Source of the DNA: an uncultured Candidatus Saccharibacteria bacterium
Lineage (GTDB): Bacteria > Patescibacteriota > Saccharimonadia > Saccharimonadales > UBA4665
DNA: 64,000 bases
NCBI GenBank assembly: GCA_964513385.1
Contig: CAZEMC010000007.1
Location: forward strand, 21,552-85,551
Direction: 5' to 3'
Positions within the stretch are counted from its first letter, which is position 1. Each line of letters begins with the position of its first letter. The notes under the pieces were generated by a model. It was not told where the DNA came from, ran no database searches, and saw only the letters and a list, made by a program, of their open reading frames with translations. The position numbers were made by a program, and so were the translations under genes. This document shows positions 46,259-55,598 of this stretch, piece after piece.

Positions 46259-46620
46259 TTATTGCGGGAGCGCAGCGGCAAGCGGATGCTATGGATGATG
46301 CCGTGGCGCGGATTGCGCACGATTGCGGCCTCTTGTTTCCCGGCGGCGATGACCATGCCTGCGGTCAGCTCTTCGAGTTCGGTTATGGTTAGGCTGTCGA
46401 CTTCACGTATCCGCTCCGGCGTGAGTTCGGGGAGTATCGTCGTGCCGTTCAGTTTAGCCGAGCCGAGGCTCGGGCCGCCAGACCGCCCGGCAAAGACTAT
46501 GCCTTGCAGCCGGTCCGTCCGGGGAGCCTGTTTCTTGAGTGCCGGGCGTGCCTTGTCGACGAAAAATAGCGTCTCCGGGCGGCGTACCAGTATGCCTTGT
46601 ATGGGGTCGTTCAGTGTCAT
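46255..46620 (-). CDS. hypothetical protein (121 aa)
   Basis: ORF track. Its start overlaps the stop of the upstream ORF by 4 nt. Confidence 0.5.
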   Translation of the reverse strand: MTLNDPIQGILVRRPETLFFVDKARPALKKQAPRTDRLQGIVFAGRSGGPSLGSAKLNGTTILPELTPERIREVDSLTITELEELTAGMVIAAGKQEAAIVRNPRHGIIHSIRLPLRSRNN

Positions 46621-47372
46621 GCTTTGTTCGCTCCTTTCGTGCGTTTCGTGGCCTTCGCTTCATGGATAAGCACGCTTGGGTAGTAGTAGTTCATGCCTAG
46701 GAAACCGGCCGAGTCGTCGACGCTGAACTGCAACCGGTCGTCGATGAGTCGGGCGCACGGGATTTCGTGCGGCGAGGCCATGTCGGCCAACAGCAGATTC
46801 CAGGTGCCGATTTCGACCAGGGGTACGCCTTGTAGGTAGGCGGCGGCGACCAATTGTGCGCTAGTGTTGAGTGTGAAAAATGACTTGTCTTTGGCCGGGT
46901 ATTTCTGTAGAAAATCCTGGACGTCTTCGACGTGTTGGCGGCCGGCGGGATTCTGTACGACGGCACAGCGCCAAGCCTGGTTCGGTTTGACCCTGAGGTC
47001 TTTGTAGCTCTGTATGTCTACGGTCGGCGCCGGAATGTGCTGCATGGCTTTCAGCAAGGTGCGCTGCGGTGGTATGAGGACGATTTCCATGCCCGGCTCC
47101 ATGATGTCCTGGTGTTCGGTCACGAAATCGAGTGCGGCTGCGAGTTTCGGCTGCAGGACGCCGAACTTCGGTATGTCTACGCCCACTGCCGCCCAGCATT
47201 TCTGGAGCTTTTTGTGGCAGCTAGTGGCCGAAAGCGGCGCCTGTTCGGAGACGGCGGTGGCGGGAGCTTTCATAATCAGCGCGCGTTCGTCGTACAGCGC
47301 CGAGAGACGCTTCAACTGACGGATGATATCCTGGTCGATGGCGTTCAAACGGACTAAATCGTTATATAACAT
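46617..47372 (-). CDS. hypothetical protein (251 aa)
   Basis: ORF track 46617..47444. ATG at 47370-47372 is preceded by GAGGAA. Confidence 0.55.
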   Translation of the reverse strand: MLYNDLVRLNAIDQDIIRQLKRLSALYDERALIMKAPATAVSEQAPLSATSCHKKLQKCWAAVGVDIPKFGVLQPKLAAALDFVTEHQDIMEPGMEIVLIPPQRTLLKAMQHIPAPTVDIQSYKDLRVKPNQAWRCAVVQNPAGRQHVEDVQDFLQKYPAKDKSFFTLNTSAQLVAAAYLQGVPLVEIGTWNLLLADMASPHEIPCARLIDDRLQFSVDDSAGFLGMNYYYPSVLIHEAKATKRTKGANKA

Positions 47373-47503
47373 GGTTTCCTCTTGCCGAGTGCTCCGAACC
47401 TCTGTAAGTACTAAAATAGTATAATACATATGTAACAGAGTCAATAAGATTATATAGCATTTGGCTTACGCTTTATGCCCCTCCTCCAGCCCCCTTCCGG
47501 CCA

Positions 47504-47702
47504 TGAGCGTAGCGAACAAGGCGACCGCCATACTTCAGGGAATAGGAAACTACTGAGCGTAGCGAACAAGGCGACCGCCATACTTCAGGGAATAGGAAAC
47601 TACTGAGCGCAGCGCACGAGGCGATAGCCGAGCTTCAGGGGGAGGGGAACCTATCTCGAAGTGAATTCGAGATAGGTTCGGGAGGGGCGAGCCCCTCCCT
47701 TA
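47504..47702 (+). repeat. modular V-element, copy C, with its 5' box tandemly triplicated
   Basis: Two identical 50-nt units (47504-47553, 47554-47603), then a full element: TGAGCGCAGCGCACGAGGCGATAGCCGAGCTTCAGGGGGAGGGG, then AACCTATCTCGAA-GTGAA-TTCGAGATAGGTT, then GGGAGGGG-CGAG-CCCCTCCC. Confidence 0.8.
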
Positions 47703-47771
47703 GACTACAGCAAGCCCCTCCCTGATAGATAGAGCTCGACATGCCTGTCGAGCTCGGGGTATACTAAGCAT

Positions 47772-48449
47772 ATGAAGTTCATCATGGAGGGGCCGGAGGC
47801 TGCCGCAAAGGCGGTCGCCGCACAACTTATCACCGCTGTCAAAGCGACAAAACCGACCATCTGGCTGGTGTGCGGAGGTTCGAATATACCGACCGAGGTC
47901 GAAATCATGAATCAGCTGCGCGAGGCGGCGCCGGACAGCTTGGGGAGCCTGCTTATTTTGCCGATGGACGAGCGATATGGCCCGCCCGGCCACGCCGACA
48001 GCAACTACAAGCAGCTGCAAGACGCTGGGTTCGACCCAGGCAAGGCACTGTGGATGGACGTGCTGGAACGTAACTTGCCCCTGCCCGAGACCGTCGATTA
48101 CTACGGCGGTCTGGTGGAAGCGGCGTTCGCTTCCGCACAGGTTGTCGTTGGCCTCTTCGGCCTCGGCACCGATGGCCACACGGCCGGCGTACTGCCTGGC
48201 AGCCCGGCGGTGACAGAAGCAGCCACTACCGTGGTCGGGTACGATTCCCCGCCATTCGTCCGTCTGACGCTTACGCCTGGCCAGCTCGTCAAGACCACGG
48301 CTGCGTTCGTGTTGGCGTATGGCGAAGCCAAAAAAGAGCCGCTGGAACGGCTCCGGGCTAACCAAGAAGACTTGCAGCAGCTTCCTTCCAAGCTACTCTA
48401 CGACATCCCCGAAGTCTCCGTCTATAACGACCAGCTGGGAACAGAATGA
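47772..48449 (+). CDS. pgl: 6-phosphogluconolactonase
   Basis: LVCGGSN, LPMDERYG and GLGTDGHTAG motifs. Confidence 0.85.
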   Translation: MKFIMEGPEAAAKAVAAQLITAVKATKPTIWLVCGGSNIPTEVEIMNQLREAAPDSLGSLLILPMDERYGPPGHADSNYKQLQDAGFDPGKALWMDVLERNLPLPETVDYYGGLVEAAFASAQVVVGLFGLGTDGHTAGVLPGSPAVTEAATTVVGYDSPPFVRLTLTPGQLVKTTAAFVLAYGEAKKEPLERLRANQEDLQQLPSKLLYDIPEVSVYNDQLGTE

Positions 48450-48452
48450 AAA

Positions 48453-48526
48453 AGTTTATAGTTGATAGTTTACAGTTTGTAGTTAGCACGGGTGAACTAG
48501 CAACTAACAACTATAAACTATTTACT
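48453..48526. repeat. word-tract hairpin (TAGTT / AACTA)
   Basis: GTTTATAGTTG (48454-48464) pairs with CAACTATAAAC (48508-48518). The arms are nearly C-free and G-free respectively. Confidence 0.55.
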
Positions 48527-48543
48527 ACAACCGGAGGTCGTGT

Positions 48544-49467
48544 ATGAAAATAGCTATTCAGGGCTTGGGGCGCATGGGCATGCAGATAGCCCGCAAACTG
48601 GCCGAAAGCGGCGAGCATACGGTCATCGCGCATAACCGCAGTCATGAGCCTATCGACGAAGCTGTGGGCTATGGCGCGGTCAGGGCATACGAAAAGCAAG
48701 ACGTGCTGGACGCGTTCGGGGGTGACCAGGTCGTGCTGTGGATAATGCTCCCCGCCGAAATCGTCGATGCCCAGGTCGACGAGTGGCTTACGCTGCTGCC
48801 GAAAGGCTCCATCATCATCGATGGCGGTAACTCCGACTTCCGGAGTACTAAAAAACTGAACGAAACGGTAACGGCTGCCGGTATGCAGCTGCTCGATGCC
48901 GGTGTTTCGGGCGGAGTCTGGGGCTACCAAAACGGTTTTCCTATAATGTGCGGCGGCGACAGCGTCGAGGCATTCGCGGTACTTGAACCGGCCCTCAAGA
49001 CGTTGGTGCAGCCGGGCGGTATGTACTACCACTTCGGCCCAAGCGGTGCGGGCCACTACGTCAAGATGGTGCACAACGCCATAGAGTACGGCATGATGCA
49101 GTCGCTCGGCGAAGGCTTCCGTATGCTGCACGACGGCCCATACCAAGGCTTGGATTTGGCACAGGCGGCCGACCTCTGGCAACACCACAGTGTCATTACC
49201 AGCTGGCTAACCGAACTCAGCCGCGATGCGTTTGCAGAAAACCCCGAACTGGAAGGTATTTCCGGGTATGTGGCCGAAAGCGGCGAAGCCCGCTGGACAC
49301 TGGAGGTTGCTAAAGACAGGGGCATTACCCTGCCCTCTATACAGGCGGCGTTCGATGTTCGCGTGGCGAGTCAAAACGGCGAAACCAATTTCGCCACCAA
49401 AGTCGTCGCCGCCCAGCGCAACAAATTCGGCGGACACAACCTGAATGGCGAAGGCGCAGCCAAGTAA
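48544..49467 (+). CDS. gnd: 6-phosphogluconate dehydrogenase, short (YqeC-like) form
   Basis: N-terminal Rossmann GLGRMG and HYVKMVHNAIEYGMMQ. Confidence 0.85.
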   Translation: MKIAIQGLGRMGMQIARKLAESGEHTVIAHNRSHEPIDEAVGYGAVRAYEKQDVLDAFGGDQVVLWIMLPAEIVDAQVDEWLTLLPKGSIIIDGGNSDFRSTKKLNETVTAAGMQLLDAGVSGGVWGYQNGFPIMCGGDSVEAFAVLEPALKTLVQPGGMYYHFGPSGAGHYVKMVHNAIEYGMMQSLGEGFRMLHDGPYQGLDLAQAADLWQHHSVITSWLTELSRDAFAENPELEGISGYVAESGEARWTLEVAKDRGITLPSIQAAFDVRVASQNGETNFATKVVAAQRNKFGGHNLNGEGAAK

Positions 49468-49470
49468 CCG

Positions 49471-50832
49471 ATGGAACAGCTTACGCGGCCGCTCGTCCTG
49501 ACTATCTTCGGCATCACCGGTGACCTTGCCCAGCGCTACATTCTGCCGGCGCTCTATGAACTCGCCGCCGTCCATGTGCTACCAGAGCAACTCCGGATAG
49601 TCGGGGTTAGCCGCCGAGACATTACGAAGGACGAAGTATATGGTCAGCTACAGGAGTTCGTAAAGTCCGAAGGCTTTGACGAAGGCGTCAAACAGCGGTT
49701 GCTCGAGGCGACCGAAATGCGCCAGATGGACCTCGAGAGTGCCGCCGACTACACCACGCTGCTCGAGCACCTCCACGAAGTTGAGCGTGAGTTCGGCGGT
49801 GATGTGAGCCGGCTGTACTATCTGTCTATCCCGGCCCAGTCGTTCGCCGGCGTCGTCCATCTGCTCGGCCAGACCGGCCACAACGAACCGTCGCACGAAG
49901 GCGCGCAGTTACCACGGTTGCTTATAGAAAAGCCGTTCGGCTATGACCTGGCATCGGCCGAAGAGCTTATAAACGCCGTCAAAGAACACTTCAGCGAAGC
50001 CCAGGCTTATCGCATAGACCACTACTTGGCAAAGGAGACGGCGCAAAATATCCTGACCTTTCGGTTTAAAAACCCGTTGTTCGACGCCGTGTGGGATAAC
50101 CAGCACATCGAAAGCATAGAAATAGCTGCACGCGAACAGCTAGACATAGAAGGCCGCGCAAACTTCTACGAACAGACCGGCGCACTCCGGGACCTTATAC
50201 AGAGCCACCTCATGCAGCTGCTGGCGATAACGACCATGCAGAAGCCGGCCGCTATGGATAGCGACAGCATACATGCCGCCAAGCTGGAGCTGCTCAAGCT
50301 GGTAGAGCCGGCCGACCCGGCCCAAGCGGTCCGGGGACAGTACGAGGGTTACCGCACCGAGGTCGAACACCCGGAATCACCTGTCGAAACCTTTGCACGT
50401 GTACGCTTGAATATCGGTGGCAAATGGGCGGGCGTGCCGGTCACGCTCGAAACCGGCAAAGCGCTCCAGGCCAAGCGCACGGAGATTACCGTCTGCTTCA
50501 AACCTACAGAGGATGACCTGCGGAACAAGCTCCTGTTCCGCATACAGCCGGCCGAAGGTATTACACTCCAACTCCAGGCCAAACGCCCTGGCATAGATAA
50601 CACCACCGAGACTGTCGATATGGATTTTGACTACGTCGACTCATTCGATGAACGGCAGCCGGGGGCGTACGAACGGGTCATCGTGGACGCCATCCGTGGC
50701 GACCAAACTTTGTTCGCGAGTAGCGCGGAGGTGTTAGCTTCGTGGCACATCATCGCTCCAGTGCTTCAAAAGTGGTCTGAAAGTGGCGAAGACCTCCTTA
50801 CCTACGCCAAAGGCACCCCTGGCCCCAGGTAA
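49471..50832 (+). CDS. zwf: glucose-6-phosphate dehydrogenase
   Basis: FGITGDLA, EKPFG and RIDHYLAKE motifs. Confidence 0.95.
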   Translation: MEQLTRPLVLTIFGITGDLAQRYILPALYELAAVHVLPEQLRIVGVSRRDITKDEVYGQLQEFVKSEGFDEGVKQRLLEATEMRQMDLESAADYTTLLEHLHEVEREFGGDVSRLYYLSIPAQSFAGVVHLLGQTGHNEPSHEGAQLPRLLIEKPFGYDLASAEELINAVKEHFSEAQAYRIDHYLAKETAQNILTFRFKNPLFDAVWDNQHIESIEIAAREQLDIEGRANFYEQTGALRDLIQSHLMQLLAITTMQKPAAMDSDSIHAAKLELLKLVEPADPAQAVRGQYEGYRTEVEHPESPVETFARVRLNIGGKWAGVPVTLETGKALQAKRTEITVCFKPTEDDLRNKLLFRIQPAEGITLQLQAKRPGIDNTTETVDMDFDYVDSFDERQPGAYERVIVDAIRGDQTLFASSAEVLASWHIIAPVLQKWSESGEDLLTYAKGTPGPR

Positions 50833-50841
50833 CCTCTGCAA

Positions 50842-50940
50842 TGAGCGGAGCGAACAAGGTGAAAGCCGAACTTCAGGGGATGGGAGCTTTCTTTTGCATT
50901 CATTTCAAAAGAAAGTGGGAGGGGTGAGCCCCTCCCTTTA
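50842..50940 (+). repeat. modular V-element, copy D
   Basis: TGAGCGGAGCGAACAAGGTGAAAGCCGAACTTCAGGGGATGGGAG, then CTTTCTTTTG-CATTCATTT-CAAAAGAAAG, then GGGAGGGG-TGAG-CCCCTCCC-TTTA. Confidence 0.75.
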
Positions 50941-51038
50941 GCGTTCGGCATTCCGCCGAACGCGGCATAAAATAGTTGTGCTTACATCGGCAGTTCGTAT
51001 ATACTGAGGACAAACCGTAAGCAGAGACAAAAGGTAGC

Positions 51039-52244
51039 ATGAAAATACTGATGCTCGGGTGGGAATTGCCGCCGCATAACAGCGGCGGGTTGGGCGTCGC
51101 TTGCTATGGCTTGTGCCGGGCTTTGGCACACCGTGGCGTCGACATCGAGTTCGTGGTGCCCTATCACGAGCAGCATGACATCGACTTTATGAAGATTACG
51201 CCGGCGCACCAACAGGGCGCCAAAGTGGTGCTGGAAAGCGGCGGCGCCTACGACAGCCGCCTGTACATCCACCCCGATGGCCGCGAGGAGCGCTTGGACA
51301 TCTACGGCCAGGTCAAGGCGTACGAGCATGCGGTGGCCCGCTTGGCGACCGAAACCGAGTTCGATATTATCCACGCTCACGACTGGCTAACCTTCCGCGC
51401 CGGTTTGCGCGCCAAAATGTCATCCGGTGCTCCGCTTATCCTGCATGTCCACTCCATAGAACGTGACCGCGCTGGCGGCACGCCCGGCAACCCGCTGGTG
51501 CGCGATATCGAAGAGACCGTTATGATGATGGCCGATGGTATCTGTGCTGTCAGTCAACTGACGAAAGACGCCATCGTAGCCGATTATGGCATCCCGGCCG
51601 ACAAGATTCACGTCATTCACAACCACTTGAACGACCTGCCCGAAGCGCATGCAAGCGACGACACGATGTACCCATACATCGCCGCCATGCGCGGCCAGGG
51701 CTACAAGGTCGTGACGAACGTCGGCCGCCTGACGGTGCAAAAGGGGCTGCCGAACCTGCTGCGCGCTGCCCGCATCGTTGTCGACCACGAGCCCAAGACA
51801 CTGTTCCTTATTGTCGGCGGCGGTGACATGCTTCACGAGCTTATCCAGCTTTCGGCAGATTTAGGCCTCAGCAAAAACGTTCTCTTTACCGGCTTCCAGC
51901 GCGGCCAGGCTTGGCGCGATGCGTTCGCACTGGCCGACCTGTTCGTCATGCCATCGGTTTCGGAACCGTTCGGCCTGACACCACTGGAGAGCATCGGCTT
52001 CGGCACGCCGGCGCTCATAAGCAAACAATCGGGCGTGAGCGAAGTGCTGCAGAACGCGCTGAAGGTCGACTTCTGGGATATCACTAAGATGGCCGACCAG
52101 ATTACGTCCGTCATACAGAACCCTGCGCTGCCTGAAACGCTGCAGCACAATGCCATCCGCGAGCTGCGGGGTATGCATTGGGGGCAGTCGGCCGAAAAGG
52201 TCACGAACCTGTATCAGCAGTACGCCGCCGGAGTCACGACATGA
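51039..52244 (+). CDS. glycogen/alpha-glucan synthase-like glycosyltransferase (GT4/GT5)
   Basis: KILMLGWELPPHNSGGLGVACYGL N-terminus and the PSVSEPFGLTPLE motif. Confidence 0.8.
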   Translation: MKILMLGWELPPHNSGGLGVACYGLCRALAHRGVDIEFVVPYHEQHDIDFMKITPAHQQGAKVVLESGGAYDSRLYIHPDGREERLDIYGQVKAYEHAVARLATETEFDIIHAHDWLTFRAGLRAKMSSGAPLILHVHSIERDRAGGTPGNPLVRDIEETVMMMADGICAVSQLTKDAIVADYGIPADKIHVIHNHLNDLPEAHASDDTMYPYIAAMRGQGYKVVTNVGRLTVQKGLPNLLRAARIVVDHEPKTLFLIVGGGDMLHELIQLSADLGLSKNVLFTGFQRGQAWRDAFALADLFVMPSVSEPFGLTPLESIGFGTPALISKQSGVSEVLQNALKVDFWDITKMADQITSVIQNPALPETLQHNAIRELRGMHWGQSAEKVTNLYQQYAAGVTT

Positions 52245-52249
52245 GTAGC

Positions 52250-52340
52250 GGTAATAAGAAAAAAGTAATAAGTAATAAGGGGCAAGCTTCGCTTGCTGCA
52301 GTCAAAACCCTTTTTACCTTTTACCTTTTACCTTTTACCT
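52250..52340. repeat. complementary word tracts (GTAATAA vs four tandem CCTTTTA)
   Basis: C-free left tract 52250-52282. The right tract 52308-52340 is a 7-nt tandem array. Complementarity is imperfect. Confidence 0.5.
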
Positions 52341-52358
52341 TTGGAACGGAGTTTCAAT

Positions 52359-53570
52359 ATGTCTAAAAAGGCCATCGTCCTCTACCTCCACGTCCACCAG
52401 CCATACCGCGTGCGCAACTACACCATCCTCGATGCCGGCCACCGGCACGACTACTTCGATGCGCCCTACGAAGACCGCACCAGCAACGAACGTATTATCC
52501 ACAAAGTGGCCGAAAAGTCGTACCTGCCGACCAACAAAGTGCTGCTGGAGCTGCTGCACAAACACCCCGAGTTCAAACTCAGCATGTCCATAACCGGTAC
52601 CATCCTCGACCAGCTGGAGCAGTGGTCGCCCGAAGCGCTTCGGTCGTTCCAGGAACTCGTTCAGACCGGCCGGGTCGAAATCGTCGCCGAAACGTATCAC
52701 CACAGCCTGGCGTTTTTCTACTCCCGCCAGGAGTTCGAAGCCCAGGTACAGATGCACCGTGAAAAGGTTCAGCAGCTCTTCGGTGTTACGCCGACAGCTT
52801 TCCGCAACACCGAGCTGTCGTATAACAACGATGTCGCATACTGGGCCGACAAAGCCGGCTACAAAGTCGTCTTGAGCGAGGGCTGGGACCCGATACTTAA
52901 ATGGCGCAGTCCGAACTATGTCTACCGTCCTAGCTATACCGAAAACATCAAGCTGCTCATGAAGAACTACAAGCTCAGCGATGATGTCGCGTTCCGCTTT
53001 GGCAATCACGCTTGGAGCGAGTGGCCGCTGACTGCCGACAAGTACACTCACTGGCTCAGCGAGACGGGCGATGCGACTAACTTCAACCTGTTCATGGATT
53101 ACGAAACCTTCGGTGAGCATCAGTGGGACGAATCGGGTATTTTCGATTTCCTCCGGCACCTGCCCGGTGAATGGCTCAAGGGCCATGACCATACGTTCAT
53201 GACGGTCAGTGAAGCTGCCGACGCGTTCGAACCCGTCGATACCGTCGATACGCCATACACGGTCACCTGGGCCGACACCGAACGCGACCTGTCTGCGTGG
53301 CTGGGCAACAGCATGCAAGATTCCTCCATCCATGCCCTGTACGAACTCGAAGACGCCGTGAAAGGTTCCGGCGACCTGGCGCTGATAGAAGATTGGCGCC
53401 GGCTGACTACCAGTGACCACTTCTACTACATGTGTACCAAATGGTGGAGCGACGGTGACATCCACGCCTACTTCAGCCCGTACGAAACACCGTACGAAGC
53501 GTTTGTGGCGTTCATGAATGCCTGGCATGACCTGCAGTTCCGCCTTGTCGAAAAAGGAGCAACCGTATGA
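52359..53570 (+). CDS. glycoside hydrolase family 57 (alpha-glucan acting)
   Basis: LHVHQPYR, FRNTELSYN and MDYETFGEH motifs. Start at ATG 52359. Confidence 0.85.
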   Translation: MSKKAIVLYLHVHQPYRVRNYTILDAGHRHDYFDAPYEDRTSNERIIHKVAEKSYLPTNKVLLELLHKHPEFKLSMSITGTILDQLEQWSPEALRSFQELVQTGRVEIVAETYHHSLAFFYSRQEFEAQVQMHREKVQQLFGVTPTAFRNTELSYNNDVAYWADKAGYKVVLSEGWDPILKWRSPNYVYRPSYTENIKLLMKNYKLSDDVAFRFGNHAWSEWPLTADKYTHWLSETGDATNFNLFMDYETFGEHQWDESGIFDFLRHLPGEWLKGHDHTFMTVSEAADAFEPVDTVDTPYTVTWADTERDLSAWLGNSMQDSSIHALYELEDAVKGSGDLALIEDWRRLTTSDHFYYMCTKWWSDGDIHAYFSPYETPYEAFVAFMNAWHDLQFRLVEKGATV

Positions 53571-53640
53571 CGTATGACGTATCCCGTATAACGTATGAAG
53601 AAGCACCCCGAAATACGAAATACTTTATACGGTATACTGT
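53565..53640. repeat. word-tract hairpin (CGTATGA / TATACG words)
   Basis: CCGTATAACGTAT pairs with ATACTTTATACGG with one mismatch. Overlaps the GH57 stop. Confidence 0.5.
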
Positions 53641-53657
53641 GAAATCGGAGATTTCAC
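53639..53657 (+). promoter_or_regulatory. SD-occluding hairpin directly upstream of the GH15 start codon
   Basis: GTGAAATC (53639-53646), loop GGA, GATTTCAC (53650-53657). The GGAG SD (53647-53650) lies in the loop and stem; ATG at 53658. Confidence 0.45.
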
Positions 53658-55598
53658 ATGGGTAGGCCAGTTATCTTAGGTAACGGTAGTCTGACGGTGG
53701 GCCTGAACGAACAGGGCCTGGTGCATGATTTCTACTACCCATACGTCGGGCTCGATAACCTGACGACCGCCCGCAGCACCGACCACAAAATAGGTGTGCA
53801 TGTCGACGGCAGGTTCTCGTGGATCGACGATGGAACGTGGAACGTGTCCGTGGAGTTCGAGCAGGACGCACTGGTCAGCAATGTCACCATGCAGCACGAC
53901 GACCTACGGTTGCGGCTGCATTTCAGCGACTTTGTCGACCACACGCTGAACGTCTTTTGCCGCCGGGTAACCGTGCAGAACCTGGCGGACCACGAGCGGA
54001 CTGTCCGGCTGTTTTTCCACCAGGTTTTCCAGATTTCGCGTGGCGGCCGGGGTGATACAGCCCTGTTCGTACCGGAAGCGAACTACCTGTTGGACTATAA
54101 AGGGCGCTGCGCACTGCTCATTTTCGGCCAGGCGGGCAACCATAACGCCCTCTTCGACCAGTACTGCGTCGGTAACTACGGCATAGAGGGCAAGGAAGGC
54201 ACCTGGCGCGATGCCGAAGACGGCGAGCTGAGCGGCAACCCGGTAGAGCATGGTGGCGTCGATTCGGTTTTGCGACTGACGCTGGAGCTGGGCGGCAACG
54301 AAGGCCAAACGGCCGACTACTGGGTCATAGCGGCCGATTCTCAATTCTCGGCCGAGAAGGTCCACCGCAAGCTGCTGACCGACGGGCTGCAGGACCGGCT
54401 CGACAAAACGCGCAAACATTGGTACGAATGGCTCGACATCGCTCGGGACGAAATGGGCGGCATGAATGAGGGCGAACGGGCCATGATAAAGAAATCGCTC
54501 ATGGTCATAAAGGCACATACCGATAAGCGCGGCGGCATTATCGCCAGCTGCGATTCGTCTATTTATAACTATGGCCGCGACTACTACAGCTACGTCTGGC
54601 CACGCGACGGCGCCTACGCCATGTGGCCGCTCATACGGCTCGGCTACACCGAGGAACCAAGGAAATTCTTCGAATTCTGCCGCGATATACTCCACCCCGA
54701 CGGTTACCTGCTGCACAAATACCAGCCCGACCGCGCCATCGGCAGCACCTGGCATCCGCTGGTGCACGGCAAGCACGCAGAACTGGCGATACAGGAAGAC
54801 GAAACGGCCATTGTGCTCTACATGCTCGGCGAGTATTTCGAGGAAAGCAAAGACAGAGACTATGTCAGCAGCTTGTACGTGACTCTGGTGCAACCGGCAG
54901 CGAACTTTTTAGCGGGGTTCCGTGACGAGCAGACAGGTCTGCCCCATGCCAGCTACGACCTCTGGGAAGAAAAATTCGCGACGCATACCTACACTGTTTC
55001 TGTGACCTATCAGGCGCTGCTGACGGCCGCCCAGTTCGCTGACCTGTTCGAGTACCCTGACGATGCGGTGGCCTGGCGCGCGGCTGCCGGCGAAATCGCC
55101 AAGGGCGTCCAAATACTGTTCGACCCCGGTCGCGGTACGCTCCGCAAGGGCTTTTTGCTGCAAGATGACGGCTCACTCCAGTTCGACAACACACTGGATG
55201 TTTCCAGCCTGTTCGCCGTCTCTACGTTCGGGCCCAAGGAATTCGGCAAGGAGCAACTGCTGAGCACGGTGGCCGCTATAGAGTCGACACTGCTCGAGCA
55301 GTCGCCGTCGGGCGGTTCGCCGCGCTACGAGCACGATACGTATTTTGCCGGTCAATCCACCTACACGGGCAATCCGTGGTTCGTAACGACGCTATGGATA
55401 GCGCAGTACTACATACAACACGGCAACAGAGAACGCGGCAAACAGCTTATAGACTGGACGATTGCGCATGCCTTGCCAAGCGGTGTCCTGAGTGAGCAGG
55501 TAGACCCCGGAACCGGCGCACCGTTGTCTGTGGCGCCACTTGTGTGGAGTCATGCGGAGCTTATCAATACGCTGCTTGACCTGCACATCGAACAGTAG
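53658..55598 (+). CDS. glycoside hydrolase family 15 (glucoamylase-like)
   Basis: SYVWPRDGAYAMW and the C-terminal (alpha/alpha)6 motifs NPWFVTTLW and PLVWSHAE. Confidence 0.85.
   Translation: MGRPVILGNGSLTVGLNEQGLVHDFYYPYVGLDNLTTARSTDHKIGVHVDGRFSWIDDGTWNVSVEFEQDALVSNVTMQHDDLRLRLHFSDFVDHTLNVFCRRVTVQNLADHERTVRLFFHQVFQISRGGRGDTALFVPEANYLLDYKGRCALLIFGQAGNHNALFDQYCVGNYGIEGKEGTWRDAEDGELSGNPVEHGGVDSVLRLTLELGGNEGQTADYWVIAADSQFSAEKVHRKLLTDGLQDRLDKTRKHWYEWLDIARDEMGGMNEGERAMIKKSLMVIKAHTDKRGGIIASCDSSIYNYGRDYYSYVWPRDGAYAMWPLIRLGYTEEPRKFFEFCRDILHPDGYLLHKYQPDRAIGSTWHPLVHGKHAELAIQEDETAIVLYMLGEYFEESKDRDYVSSLYVTLVQPAANFLAGFRDEQTGLPHASYDLWEEKFATHTYTVSVTYQALLTAAQFADLFEYPDDAVAWRAAAGEIAKGVQILFDPGRGTLRKGFLLQDDGSLQFDNTLDVSSLFAVSTFGPKEFGKEQLLSTVAAIESTLLEQSPSGGSPRYEHDTYFAGQSTYTGNPWFVTTLWIAQYYIQHGNRERGKQLIDWTIAHALPSGVLSEQVDPGTGAPLSVAPLVWSHAELINTLLDLHIEQ

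Noticed and set aside
47504-47702. CRISPR array
   Set aside because: The 50-nt units are directly adjacent with no unique spacers. No cas genes are present, and the units are homologous to the V-element 5' box.
52335-54893. Long minus-strand ORFs (423 aa and 329 aa) antisense to the GH57 and GH15 genes
   Set aside because: They have no motifs, whereas the plus-strand frames have family-specific catalytic motifs. These are shadow ORFs.
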